Shown here piece after piece: positions 13,693 to 47,430 of a DNA stretch of 64,000 nucleotides. Source of the stretch: Lytechinus pictus. Taxonomy: Eukaryota. The number at the start of each line of letters is the position of its first letter. Position 1 is the stretch's first letter. The position numbers and the translations under genes were made by a program. The stretch spans positions 4,528,001-4,592,000 of the forward strand of contig NC_087251.1 in assembly GCF_037042905.1 (NCBI RefSeq). Direction: 5' to 3'. A model generated the notes under the pieces. The model was given only the letters and a program-made list of their open reading frames with translations, made no database searches and was not told the origin of the DNA.

Positions 13693-15723
13693 ATGCAATA
13701 GCATCAATCTCAAGCCAATTATTCTATTCTTTACACTGGTTCATTTCGTTCAAACAATCATGCACGGAGTTTAGAATAAGATAATTTATAAAACACTAAG
13801 ACAGACGCCAGTGAAAAATATAAGATACTACTGGGTATGTGAACGCATAATCTTGGTCTGTGATGTCATACATCTTGGTGTTATTCTGAGAGCTCTATAG
13901 GCAATTTCTAATTGATAATTACCAGAAGATATTGTTTCTAAATAGTGAAAACAGGCAATACAACAATTATGATTTAAAAGTCAATGAATATCTAATAAAA
14001 GTCAATGAATATCTAATTTGAGGACTAGGTTCCAATAAACTTTTATCTTGGTTGTCTCATATACATGTACAGTAAGGTTATTATTCAAAGTTACATGCTA
14101 CTACTCATAGCAGTGATTGACTTAATCCATACTCCCAAGAGAGGAGTGAGCTCTATGGCTAAGGGAACTATGGTAGTTAACATTTCAGCGGCATAGTTTG
14201 TGGATTTAGGTTCAGCAGTAGGATTGGTGGGGAATTTGGTTGAAATATACTTATCAATCAGAATTGATTGGACTTGATTTGAGTCGACCTCCGATTTGTT
14301 TGCAGTCCAGTGACGATATCAAGTATTTTTTAATACGTATAAGTTTACAGATATTACATTAATCTTAACTTTCATAGTAAAGAATCAATTTTTTTTTTAC
14401 TTCAAATAGATACATTGTAAGTAATCAGCCTCTTTCATAGTAACTGCTATTAGCAATAACCCAAAAGGCTTTTGCACAAACTTCTAGGACAGCACAAACT
14501 TTTTTCTTTGAAATCTTGCGCAAATTTCGAGACCAAATTTGCAACATACGGGTATATGTAAAGTAGGGTTATTATTTACAAATAATGTTACACAGAAAAT
14601 GGTTCATTTTTGTACTGTGTACAAAATCAATTTGAGACAAAATTCATGAAAGGGTGATTATTTTTTTCTTTCAAAAATGGTCTGCTTGATTAATTTAGCA
14701 TTATTCTTAGTTGTTAAATGGTCTGTAATAATTTTCATTGAAAAAAAATGATGAAAAACAAAAGATGAATGGGAAAAAACACCAAAATACACTTAAACTG
14801 CTATAACAGAAAAAATTTGACTTTTACAATTTTTCTTTCTTTCCCCAAAATGCACAATCATGTAATAGGACACTCATAAACATTGCATATTTGTATCATT
14901 AATAGAGGTGTCTGGAATGTCACTAAATATCAAAAATAGCATTCTATAACAATTTTTTTGAAGTATTAGCTTAAGAGAAAAGCTTATTTGAATTGCTTTG
15001 TTCATATTTTTTTTACATTTTACTATCATTTGTGTATTTTATTGATTTGATGGTTGTACTTGTTGCACTGTTTGATTTTCTTTAAGTCAAAAGAAAGACA
15101 ATATAAAATAAATGATTCTGGGTTGTGATAATTAATGATTTTTAAGTATTTCAAACTGTTTGCACCTAAATCTATGCAGAAATTGCATTTTTGTCTACTG
15201 ATGTGATAACTGCATTGAGCAGAGGCTTTTTATTGTCATTTTTTTTTCTTTCAAATGTTGTGCTATATGATTCATGTGATATACTCATGTCCCATTTTTA
15301 AGGTCAGGGTCCTGTTATATAAAAGCTTCTCTTATGATAACTTATCCATCTAATGGTAAATTCCATGTAAAGATGCTCAGCATCCAATCAGAATTCAGGA
15401 TTGTCATGATAGATACCATTGGATAACAAAATTACAAAATATGATTTTTTAATGCAAAAGGACCCTAGTCCCCAAGTACCTCACCTGGATTGAGTGCAAC
15501 ATAATATGGATAATTTTTAGCTGAAAAAAAAAGCCTAGAAAGTATTTGAACCCAGCACCCTATAATTAAGAGATGGGGGTCAGAATCACTACACACCTCT
15601 AGGACGCCTCTAGTGAAGTTAATGATGAATATAACAATAAAGTTGATGCAAACATGATGCCATTGAAGACATAACAATGATGATGATGATTATTGTGATT
15701 ATTATGTTGATGATGTTGATTAA

Positions 15724-16482
15724 CCCTATCTAGGCCGAGGTGGGGGCCTCCGAGGCCCCCCCTCAACGATTCGCGCAATATTTTCGCTGCGTGAATTTTT
15801 TTGACCGCGTCGCTCACTGACTTTTTACTTTCAAGTCTTGCGCATCTTTTGAGACCAAATTTGCGACGACCGGGTACACGGTTCCAAAATTACACAACAT
15901 TTTTTAAGTGCATGTCAGACCAAAAATTGCTCAAAAATGTGATTTCATGTACAAAGTCAATGCAAATTGTGTTTTCAACCCCTAATCATATATGTATGAT
16001 TATTTTTAGTTTTGCTAGTCTAAATGGATTTATTCTATGCTGATTATGATCTCAAAAGAGTCCCCGACAAAGTTCATTGAAAAAACAATAAAAAACAAAA
16101 GGTCCAAAAAACAGAGAAATACATAAGAAATTGCAAAAATAATAATAATACATAAGAAATTATTCTGATATCGCAATTTTTTCATGTTCATTTGCTGAGA
16201 ACACCACAAAGAGTTTCTACACTAAAAATTAGAACATTTGGAGCTTTATTTAGGGAATTATAGGAAAAAGTATGATTTTGCATACTAATTACGCATGAAT
16301 TACCATAATTAATTAATAGCAATTTTCATGAAATAAATTAATACAGAATTTTGTAGATTATGTTCCAGGCAAGCTGCGTGCCAATGTTCGGCGGGATCGT
16401 GCAATTGACAGCCGAAATCTCAAGGGGGGCCTGGGATCCCCCCGGCGATATGATCTCCCAAAATACCCCGGCCTAGATAGGT
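15724..16482. mobile_element. piggyBac-like non-autonomous element
   Basis: TTAA|CCCTATCTAGGCCG ... CGGCCTAGATAGGT|TTAA; related degenerate copies at ~14490-14990 and 52375-53414. Confidence 0.85.
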
Positions 16483-16505
16483 TTAAATGACATGATAGGA
16501 ACATG

Positions 16506-17099
16506 AACAAGAGTGTCGCTAAGGCGAGTACATAATATGTCCGCCTGTGACGCAGAAATGGAGTTATTGGTCAAGCAAGAAAAGTGGAAGGTGGCGACTT
16601 CACCTTTGACCTCCTGACCTCAGAATCAATAGAATTGCTGGGATCTATGCTAGTATCATACACACCAAATTATATGAGCCTAGGTTAAATTCAACTATTT
16701 ATCGCGTTGACAAGGACTTCAGAAGGGTAAGATGAAAACATGTCACTGTGATCTTGACCTTTGACCTCAAAATCAATAGGCTTCCTGGGATCCATGCTAG
16801 TATCATACATACCAAATTATATGAGCCTAGGTTAAGTTTAACTAAATTTATCGCGTTTACAAGGACTTCCGAAGGGTAAGATGAAAATATGTCACTGTGA
16901 CCTTCACCTTTGACTGTTTAACCTCAAAATCAATAGACTTCCTGGGATCCGTGCTAGTATCATACACACCAAATTATATGAGCCTAGGTTAAGTCAAACT
17001 GAAGTTATCGCGTGTACAAGGAAAAGTTAACAGATGGACAGACACACGAAACCGAGTGTGATACCATAATACGTCCCGTCTAGGACGGGCGTATAAAAA
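16506..17099 (+). mobile_element. Helentron-type (HINE/pearl-like) element with ~150-bp internal tandem repeats
   Basis: AACAAG start, ~3 tandem units (ctagtatcata at 16650, 16797, 16953), GGACAGAC microsatellite, 3' hairpin cccgtc-ta-ggacggg, ends in an A-run. Confidence 0.8.
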
Positions 17100-17125
17100 G
17101 ACATTAATCATTTTGGTTCTCACTA

Positions 17126-38064
<20,939 letters not shown>

Positions 38065-39001
38065 GATGAAGAATGGCTATTCTGTTTTCATCTCGGTGTA
38101 AAAACAAACATACACAGCACAGCCACAGGTCCGTCTCACTGACAAAGACGGCACAGTATGTACAGTACACTGCAGCCGAGGCTGCAGCTAGCTTGTCTTC
38201 TCCACCAGAGCAGACAAGCACTGCCCTGCCCGACTCCTCCCGTAGACCCGTACCGGTACCGTGCCTCTGCTATGTCGTGCCACCCTATGCCAATTAAAAA
38301 AGCTGTCTCTTCACTTCAGCATGAACCAGCGAATACGGAGGACGCTAAATGTAATGAGTCTATTAAAACCAACTGAAGGAAGATTTATGAATTCCCAAAA
38401 CTTCTGAAGCGCAGTAGTAAACAGAAATCAATGCCTTTTACTCGCAATAAACTGGGGCAATATTCCGACAAACAAGATTCACACAGAAAGACGTAGACAT
38501 CGTTGACCTTCTTTTCGACACCGGTATTAGTCTAAATTACAGGCGCTGCTATGCTGGGAATAAATTTACGTAACATAATATACCGGTAAACAATTTTGTT
38601 AAGAATGTATGCTTTTGTTTAATCTGTGGTGACTGCAAACTGGGAGAAATGTCTAATTCTGTTATTTCTTTAGTTTTATCTTATGTCAGCACATAAGAGT
38701 CAAACGATTCCTCTTTTTTTAGTTATGTCCGGGTACGGCAACCCTTGGCGCCGTCGATATCGCTTGGCCCCATTTCCATTTTCCTAAGTTAAAAAATCAT
38801 TACCATACCTTAAACGGATACGTAATTTGTGTGGAGCCATTTATCACGCGGAAAACCAAGGCCTACCCCTTTCATATAAGTCAATTCATTTACATAAAAT
38901 AAATTATCCATGTAAACACCCCGGTAAACACAAAACTCCTAGTTAGTCTTGTTAGTTTCAATTTTCGAAGCGCCCGCTCATCCCAGCTGCTCATTTTGCA
39001 C

Positions 39002-39009
39002 TGACGTGG
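39002..39009 (+). promoter_or_regulatory. Candidate unfolded-protein-response element (UPRE, TGACGTGG) upstream of SEL1L
   Basis: Exact match to the XBP1/ATF6 UPRE consensus ~940 bp upstream of the SEL1L ATG; function inferred. Confidence 0.4.
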
Positions 39010-39589
39010 CATAACATGTGCTCGCCACATAATATGCCCAGTTTACATTACCATATAACATGGCAAAGGGAAGTTCGAAATCAATGACATTGTAGTATAA
39101 GTAGTCCTAACTGTCTTTTCAGTTCAAAAACATATATACATGATCTGAAAAAAATTCTTACAGAAAGTAACATACCAAATCAATTGCAGCTGAGTATGCA
39201 TATAAAGTAAAATAACATTACAAACGACAGACCACATATATTGCATCTGATCAATAACCGGGATCAATACACATGCACTGAGTAAAAAACATATTGAAAG
39301 TGACATTTCGATGGCTTTGCAACTGGACAATTACAAATATAACATAAAAAATGAGGCGGTTGACTTATAAGCAAAGAGTATCAAATCATTGTGAAGAGGG
39401 CCCCCGATATGAGAGGGGGCGGTGCGGGGTGTACTATGCATGTTCCCCTGTCATCTGCATGTATAGGCATACGTCCCAATGTACGAGTCCTCGACCCACC
39501 TTTCCTTCTTTTCAAACATCACATTTATTTTCCTCTTCATCACTACTCGTTTTATTCAATCGCGTCTCTACTCTATTCTTAAATATCTA

Positions 39590-42210
39590 TATACACACTA
39601 CTTTTTTTTCCTTAACCCCGGGAAATTGGTGGGGCTAAGGGGGGGGGGGGGCCTTAGCCCCACCAATTTCCCGGGGTTAAGCTCAGCCCGCCACTTCGTT
39701 TTCACACTGCGTCTTTAATAGCAAAGTGGGCTAGCACGGTAAATAGTACGGTACTATCATGGCCCTGCAAAAAAGCAGGGTTAGCCGGCTTATTGTGGTG
39801 CTAGCGTGCAACCGCGTAGCCAGGATTTCATTTTGGAGGGGGCGGTAAATGCACGCGAAGCGTGCCAACCAGGTGCCAACACTTACAGAGCGCGCGAAGC
39901 GCGCTCCCTAGGGGGTGGGTGCAGGGAAGGGGAGTTTCCCCCTCCCGCGCGAAGCGCGAAGCTTTTGGTGTTTCATAAATTAAAGTGAAAAGGAGCCGTC
40001 TCTCTTGTCTCTAGTATCTATATCAGCTCCAATTCAGTTGACTATATTGTGATTTTGAACCTGGTTTTCATGAACCTTGTTTTCAAAAAAGATTGTGAAC
40101 GCACAATAAAGGAATACAATGGAGGAAATTAAAATGATAATAACCCCGCGCGAAGTGCGGAAGCTAAAGCGTTTTATCAATTTTTTTGCCATGAAAAGGG
40201 TCCCGAGAAAAGGATATTCTCAAACATATATTGAATACTTCCCTTGGAAAGATCAGATTTGATTACAAACAATTTAGCGACAGTGCATATCTTTAACTCG
40301 CAAAACAGAGGAGAAGAAGTGTATATGCCAGGAGGAAGATATTCCTTCCCGAGCAGAGCAACGAAACTCTGAAATTTCAAAGGGCGGATGTTTCATCAAA
40401 ATAATGCAGATATCTCCAATACCCCATCGGCTCTAATTCAATTAATTTTCTAAGATTATTGAAATTCATTAAAAGGAAAATAGTGCGCAAAAAGTTGAAA
40501 CTTCTGTGATTTATTGAAATTATATAAAAAGGATGCCTAATTTCTTTGACTTATCCTGAAGCGCTTCATTTTGAATTAGAAAGAAACTGAAGAGTCATTC
40601 AAAATTTCAAACTGAGGGCGCAAAACAGGACAGGAGATGAATGTACAGGAAAATGACATGAAGTTTAATAGAATTTGATTAAAAATATTGTACTTTTTTT
40701 TATTCAATACCCTTATAGTTCCAGAAGCGGATCTAGAGGGGGGGTTGCAACCCCCCCCCCAAAAAAAAAAATCCGGGGACCATTTTTTTAAATCTAATCT
40801 TTTTTTTTAAACTTGTAATTTTTTTAAATTCTATTTCTATGTATTTATTTCATTTATTATTATTATTATTATTATTATTTCTTTTTGGGGGAGGGGGGGT
40901 TGGGCGAACAAATGTCACAGAGTCCCTTGCCCCCACCCCCCCCCCCCACCCCCATCAGCTTTTTTGAGGACACGGGCCACCGCCGAAGTGACAAGCTAGG
41001 CCAGCGTTGCCGATTCTCATCCCCAAAATTCCCACATTAAAAAAAAAAAAAAATTGGGGGATTGTTGAAGTCTTTGGGGATGAAAAATAAATATTTGGGA
41101 ATGAAAATAATATTGAGTTTTATGAAAAACGAATTTGGGGATTTTCTGTCAAAATTTGGCAACGACCTCTATACCAAAAAGAGTGGTGTTTTAGATGCAA
41201 GAAAACGCCATTTTCACACACAGATTTTCAAAAATTTTCCCTACTGTGGGAGGGGGGACACCCCCCTCCCACACCCTCCCCCCTCGCTAGCTCCGCTCGC
41301 TTGGACTCGGTCGCTACGCTCCCTCGCATACCACCCCAACCCCCCCTTTATAAAAAGCTGGATCCGCCCCTTCCTCTTTTTGGATTAGGAACCTGTTTGC
41401 CCCCAAAATTATGGTTGTTTAGTAATGAGCTGAAAAGCGGGAGAAGTTGACTTTATGGAGGTGACGGAAGAAATTGATATAAAGATTTTACCCGCCCGGA
41501 GCCGACCCGACCAGAAGTTGCGCGATCAATTAAAAAAAAAAGATAACTTCATATACTTCGGCCTAAAATAACCTTACTCTAATTCCATGCCCTAATGTAT
41601 ACATTTGAACTTTAACTGGCAATAAACACATATAGCTGAGGTAGAAAAACAGGGTTAGAGAAAGGGTGGGGGAAACAATGGAGCTCTTCAATATTGTCAT
41701 TTAACCGCGCGCAGCGCGGAAGCAAAATTCATATATAAATTTAGAGCAAGAGTGAAGGAGTTTCTGTTTTGAGAAAAAAAAAGAATAAAAAGGAAAAAAA
41801 AACACAAAGCTACCTTTCTTCCCTTTCCTCCCTTCCCTTTTCCTTTTCTTCTCTCTTTTTTCCCTTCTTTTTGGGGACGTTTGGGGGGGGGGCGACCGCC
41901 CCCACCGCCCCCCTGGCTACGCGCCTGCTAGCATGAGATGCAGTGTGAAACGAAACTGGACCAGGGAAAAGTGGGGCTAAGCAATAGCCAATCACAGAAG
42001 TCGAAATTGCACGTTAATCACGCTCGATCTGGTAAAATCATCAATATTCATGAGCTGTGGGATAGACCGGGGTTAAGGCGTTAACCCCGGCTAAGCAGAT
42101 AGTATGGGATTAAGATAGACAGTGTGAATCCAAAAAAAGATAGTATGGGGTTAAGGATAGTCCGGGGTTAAGGATAGTATGGGGTTAAAGAAATGCAATG
42201 TGAAAAGCAT
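39590..42210. mobile_element. Harbinger-like MITE (ttaaccccgg/ccggggttaa repeats) split by a nested insertion
   Basis: Left part 39590-39808 and right part 41928-42210 share cacact/agtgtg and ccggggttaag motifs in inverted orientation. Confidence 0.65.
39809..41927. mobile_element. hAT-like non-autonomous element containing further nested elements (~40722-41372, ~41001-41165)
   Basis: TIR caaccgcgtagccagg / cctggctacgcgcctg; 8-bp TSD ctagcgtg / ctagcatg. Confidence 0.7.
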
Positions 42211-42291
42211 ACTAGTTTACTACGGCCCTCCCCCTTCTTCGTCGATCTTCTATAGTTCTCATGCATCACATTCAATTATTGTTCATCCATA

Positions 42292-44105
42292 TAGGCGGAT
42301 CCAGGCCGGCTGCCGAACATTCCCCCCCCCCCCCCCTCGGCGGTGCAAAAAAAAATAAAGAAAGGGAAAAGAAAATTATAGGAGGGAGAAAAGTGAATGA
42401 AAGCGATGCAGGGGATAGAATTATTATATATTCGAGTTATATAGAATTTTAGAAATAAAATTTTGCTCGCACTCGCATTTCCTGTTGAGAAAATAATCCG
42501 CTCAAAATGATAACATGGCCGGGGCTTAAAGTATCCCGTTTTCACTATATATGCGCAAATTATTTTCGATAATTTGTTTTATTGAGATATATATGCATCC
42601 TTTTCACGATTACAAAAGTTGCGTTGAATGTCAAATATAAAAAAAAAATCAGCTCACGCCGGGGCTAATCATTTCAGCGAGATGGGTTTATCCTCCGACA
42701 AACAGTCTTTGAAATGTCCCCCCTTTCGCAGATAACCTTGTTTTGGGGTTTAAAAAAAACATTATTGAATAATTGCTTATTAAAGGACAAGTCCACCCTA
42801 ACAAAAAATAGATTTGAATAAAAAAAGAAAAATCCAACAAGCACAACACTTAAAATTTTGTCAAAATCGGATGTAAAATAAGAAAGTTATGACATTTTAA
42901 TAATTTTGCTTAATTTCACAAAACAGTTATATGCACATCCTGGCTGGTATGCAAATGAGGAGACTATTATGACTTCATCCACTCACTATTTCTTTTGTAT
43001 TTTATTATATGAAATATTCTAATTTTCTCCTCATTGTCAAGTGATACAATGATTAATTCCTCCCTGAACATGTGGAATTAGCATTGTTTAATACTATATG
43101 GTACAGAGAAGTTGGTCCTTATTGTCAAATCTATAAAAAATGAAATAAATTATTGTATAATTCAAATAAAAAACAAAAGAAATAGTGAGTGGACATCATC
43201 GACTGACTCACCTAGTTGTGCATATCACTGTTTCGTTAAAAAGAAGCGAAACTTTAAAATGTCATATCTTTCTTATTTTACATCCGATTTTGATGAAATT
43301 TTCAACACTAATGCTACTTTGATTTTTCTCTATTTATTCAAGTCAGTATTTTCCTGGGGTGGACTTGACCTTTAAAATACACGGTTTATATAAAACGTGC
43401 TTAAAAAGTGTCCATTAGAGTTTTCAGACCGGAATAGCAAGCATTTTCAGCTCGTGATTCGCTCTCGCCCAATTTATTTAGCTAAAATACGAATCCTTTT
43501 CATGATTACAAAACAAGTGCATGAATGATCCAGTTAGTATACATCGACCCCCGAAAAATAATCAGTTTGAGCTTGCAATTATCGTTCGAGATACAAATTC
43601 TGTATTTAAAAAAATTGAAAAAAAATGGCTTCGAATGTGTCGTTTTTAGTTGGTCTCAAAATATTCAGCTCGCACTTTGTGGTCTAGATGATCGTTAGGG
43701 ACATTTTTTCTCTTTAAAACAAGGGAGTTAGAATGTCCCATTCTTAGGTCTACATCTCAAAACATTCAGATCGCCCTACAAGAATTGGTTATTGAGATAC
43801 ATATCCTATCCTATCTATTTATTTAAAAAGTGCTTAGAACTGTCCCGTTTGCAAGTCTGGATACCAAGATATTTAGCTCTCGGTTCGCGCTCGCATTTCA
43901 TTACACTTTCTAAAACTAGTCTACTGGAAATCTTTCCTGTTCATGATTAAACACAAGTAAACAACAAATTTAGTTTTCAAGTCGGAAATAATCCCCCCCC
44001 CCACAAACCCAACCAAAAACAGCTTTTAGCGGCCCATCGGGGAAAATGTGGAGGAGTTACTTCACCCGGCCCCTCGTACTGGCAAAAGCTGATGGATCCG
44101 CCCCG
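42292..44105. mobile_element. hAT-like element (GGCGGATCC termini) with internal degenerate repeats
   Basis: taggcggatccagg ... tggatccgccccg; gcgctcgca repeat units inside. Confidence 0.65.
42784..43371. mobile_element. Kolobok-like palindromic MITE (full length, nested)
   Basis: TTAA|AGGACAAGTCCACC ... GGTGGACTTGACCT|TTAA. Confidence 0.9.
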
Positions 44106-45552
44106 TTCTCTCTCTCTGCCAGCGATCACAAACAAAAACATAAGTCTATAATGATACTCCTAATCATAATACATTTTGCTTTGCTCATTCGCCTCTCATA
44201 CCTCCCTGTTCAAAATTTAGATAAGTAAATCCGTCAATTTGGAAATGTTCCATTTTGTTTGGAACAAATTCATTGTCAGTGATATATCAACTGTTTATTA
44301 AGTATTATTTTGACTACATTGATATTAATTACTAAAGCTATTTTCTGAATTAGCCTGTGGCATTACTTTAATATTTTTACTTATCTAGTTTATTGAGAAT
44401 TATATTTTCTTTCTGTACTTAAATTTGTTCCTTGTCATAATCTAATTTGAAAATATTTATTTTTACCCCACCCCCTTGGCAAATGACTTTTATTGTTACA
44501 AAAATTAGGCTGGAATCATGGAATTAAGTCGGAAATGTAGCCTATGGCCACTTTTGTTTATGCTTGTCAGGAAATGTTTGAAAAAATGTGTCTACTTTTG
44601 TGCCCCCTCCACTCACTATATAGTCAATCCTGGATTAGCTGCTGATCATCTCTTCCACAATTATGAGCCTTGTTTAATTCTGATTTATCTTCAAGGCCTT
44701 TGTGCTGAGTCATGACCTAGAACTTAGCCCCCAAATCAGAACAGATCCTGGGATCAGATCAGTACACTCCCCTAATGCACGTACGAGCTATCGAAAGGTT
44801 CTTCAATAGTTGTCATCGCGAGAATGAGCCATCCATACTGTGTGACCTTTTACTTGACCTTATCAGCAAAAATCTTATCAGTTATTGCTCTGTCATACAT
44901 AAACAGACACCTGGGCCACGTTTGAACTTGATCAATGGATCTTCACGTATCACACAGTTCATTGTCACTCCAATATGCTTCCATAACTAAAGAGTGAAGA
45001 CAATCCCTTATAATGGCTTCAGGTTATCACAAGAACAAGTTATTGTGGATATGAATTGTGTTACGTTTCACCATAAAATAAAATTAAATAAAATGAAAAA
45101 AAAAATAGGATCTTGGTTTATAGTTGATCCCTTGAACAATTCTTCAGTAATCATGAATACATCATATTATATTTCAATGAACATAATTTATAATGACCTC
45201 TGTGACCCCCAGAATTTTGGGGTTCAGATCATCTTCACTGGCACATGCATACACATTAAACCGATTCATTAAGGGTTGTTCAGTTATAGCAGGAAACTTA
45301 TATTTTCAAATGCATGTATACGACCATTGTGTCCTCTGACCTTATACCCCTAAATCCAACTACCTGTGTTGACTGGAAACATAAAAAATGATAATGGAGA
45401 CGTAGTAGATAACCGGACACTCTTCCATTAAAGCACATAGCTTCATCTGTAATTTTTCTCCAACACTGGTCACACCATCCAGTTTTCTTTCAACAACTTT
45501 TCCTCTGATTAGCAGAGATCAACCATTCTTTGATCTTGAAAATATTTCAAGA

Positions 45553-45839
45553 AATAATAATAATGGCATATTTACCCAGGGTAGCCACTTCAGTTCCGAA
45601 AACTGTTCTCCCACAGGGCCCTGCTATTATTATTATTACCCTTGACGGCTACCTTGATTGGGCGCTCGAGCATTCGAGGAATTTCTTCCTACCAGGTACC
45701 CATTCACCTCACCAAGGTCGAGTGCAGCATAATGTTGATAAATTTCTTGCCGAAGGAAATTACACCATGACTTGGATTCGAACCCACGACCCTCTGTTTC
45801 AAAGTACGGAGACTAATCCATTGGGCCACAACGCTCCAC
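45553..45839 (-). mobile_element. tRNA-derived SINE
   Basis: Minus strand gtggagcgttgTGGCCCAATGGattag...GGTTCGAATCC (A and B boxes), conserved body, (ATT)n tail; partial copies at 51270-51480 and 15465-15600. Confidence 0.85.
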
Positions 45840-46466
45840 AAGAAAGACTTTCCATAAAAACTTACAAATTAAGACAAAGCCACTCCACTCATTTTTAATG
45901 TAAACAAAGACTTTAATACAAATTTACATACAATATTTACACTGGTCATGCACCCATGTGTCATACAGAAAACCTAGCCAAAGTTAATAGTCATTGAAAG
46001 ACAACTCATTACCTTATTGTACGTTCTGGACGTGCCTTTATTTTCTGCAACCAAGCGAGTCCTGAATAGTCATTCCCAAAGACTTTGGGCTCTGTTTCGT
46101 CATCATTAAAAAAGGTGCATTCTGGACACATAACAATTTGAGATTGCTAATGCTACATTATCAGTTTTACAAGATGAATAACAAAGGAAACCTTTTTGTT
46201 ACTAATTAATATTTCCTCATAAAATATATGAAACTTGGGTTTCCTCTTATCCTTTATATCCTGTAGTAAAGGTATTTTGAAATTATGAATGGTTGACTAT
46301 GCATGGAGCTAACATATTCATTATAAAAAAAATCAGCAATGACACTTAAAAAAAAAACATACACCAAAAATGTGTTTAACACTTGCAGTGTCATTTAAAG
46401 ACGATGATTATGGTTCACCATGTAGTTGGTCTGAAAAGATATGAAGGATGTTGGAGTGATAGAGAT

Positions 46467-47430
46467 AACAAGTGGAATGCCTCTGGCCGTCTCACCTGCA
46501 TCACGCGATTCAATATAGCAGCAGTGCTGATTTTGAAAACTACTATAACTCGCACAAGATGTTCAGTGATACTTGGTTACTCGTATTTCCACGTTTTATG
46601 AACTAGACCAATACACTTATAGAGATATGATGGCAATTCAACAAATACCCCCAACGTGGCCAAAGTTCTTTGACCTTACATGACCTTTGACCTTGATCAT
46701 GTGACCTGAAACTCGCACAGGATGTTCAGTGATACTTGATTACTCTTATGTCCACGTTTTATGAACTAGACCAACACACTTTCAAATTTATGGCTGTAAT
46801 TCAACAAATACCCCAATTTGGCCAAAGTTCATTGACCCTAAATGACTATTGACCTTGATCATGTGACCTGAAACTTGCACAGGATGTTCAGTAATACTTG
46901 ATTACTATTATGTCAAAGTTTCATGAATCAGATCCATAAACTTTCAAAGTTATGATGGTAATTCAACAGATACCCCCAATTCGGCCAAAGTTCATTGACC
47001 CTAAATGACCTTTGACCTTGGTCATGTGACGAGAAACTCATGCAGGATGTTCAGTGATACTTGATTAACCTTATGTGTAAGTTTCATGAACTAGGTCCAT
47101 ATATTTTCTAAGTTATGATGGCATTTCAAAAACTTAACCTTAGGTTAAGATTTTGATGTTGATTCCCCCAACATGGTCTAAGTTCATTGACCCTAAATGA
47201 CCTTTGACCTTGGTCATGTGACATGAAACTCAGGCAGGATGTTCAGTAATACTTGATGAACCTTATGGCCAAGTTTCATGAACTAGGTCCATATACTTTC
47301 TAAGTTATGCTGTCATTTCAAAAACTTAACCTCAGGTTAAGATTTGGTGTTGACGCCGCCGCCGCCGTCGCCGCCGCCGTCGGAAAAGCGGCGCCTATAG
47401 TCTCACTCTGCTATGCAGGTGAGACAAAAA
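46467..47430 (+). mobile_element. Helentron-type element with ~163-bp internal tandem repeats (copy 2)
   Basis: Same termini as 24210; unit marker caaagttc at 46661, 46823, 46986. Confidence 0.85.

Noticed and set aside
45765..45839. tRNA-like sequence on the minus strand
   Set aside because: It is the head of a SINE, followed by SINE body and tail; not a stand-alone tRNA gene.
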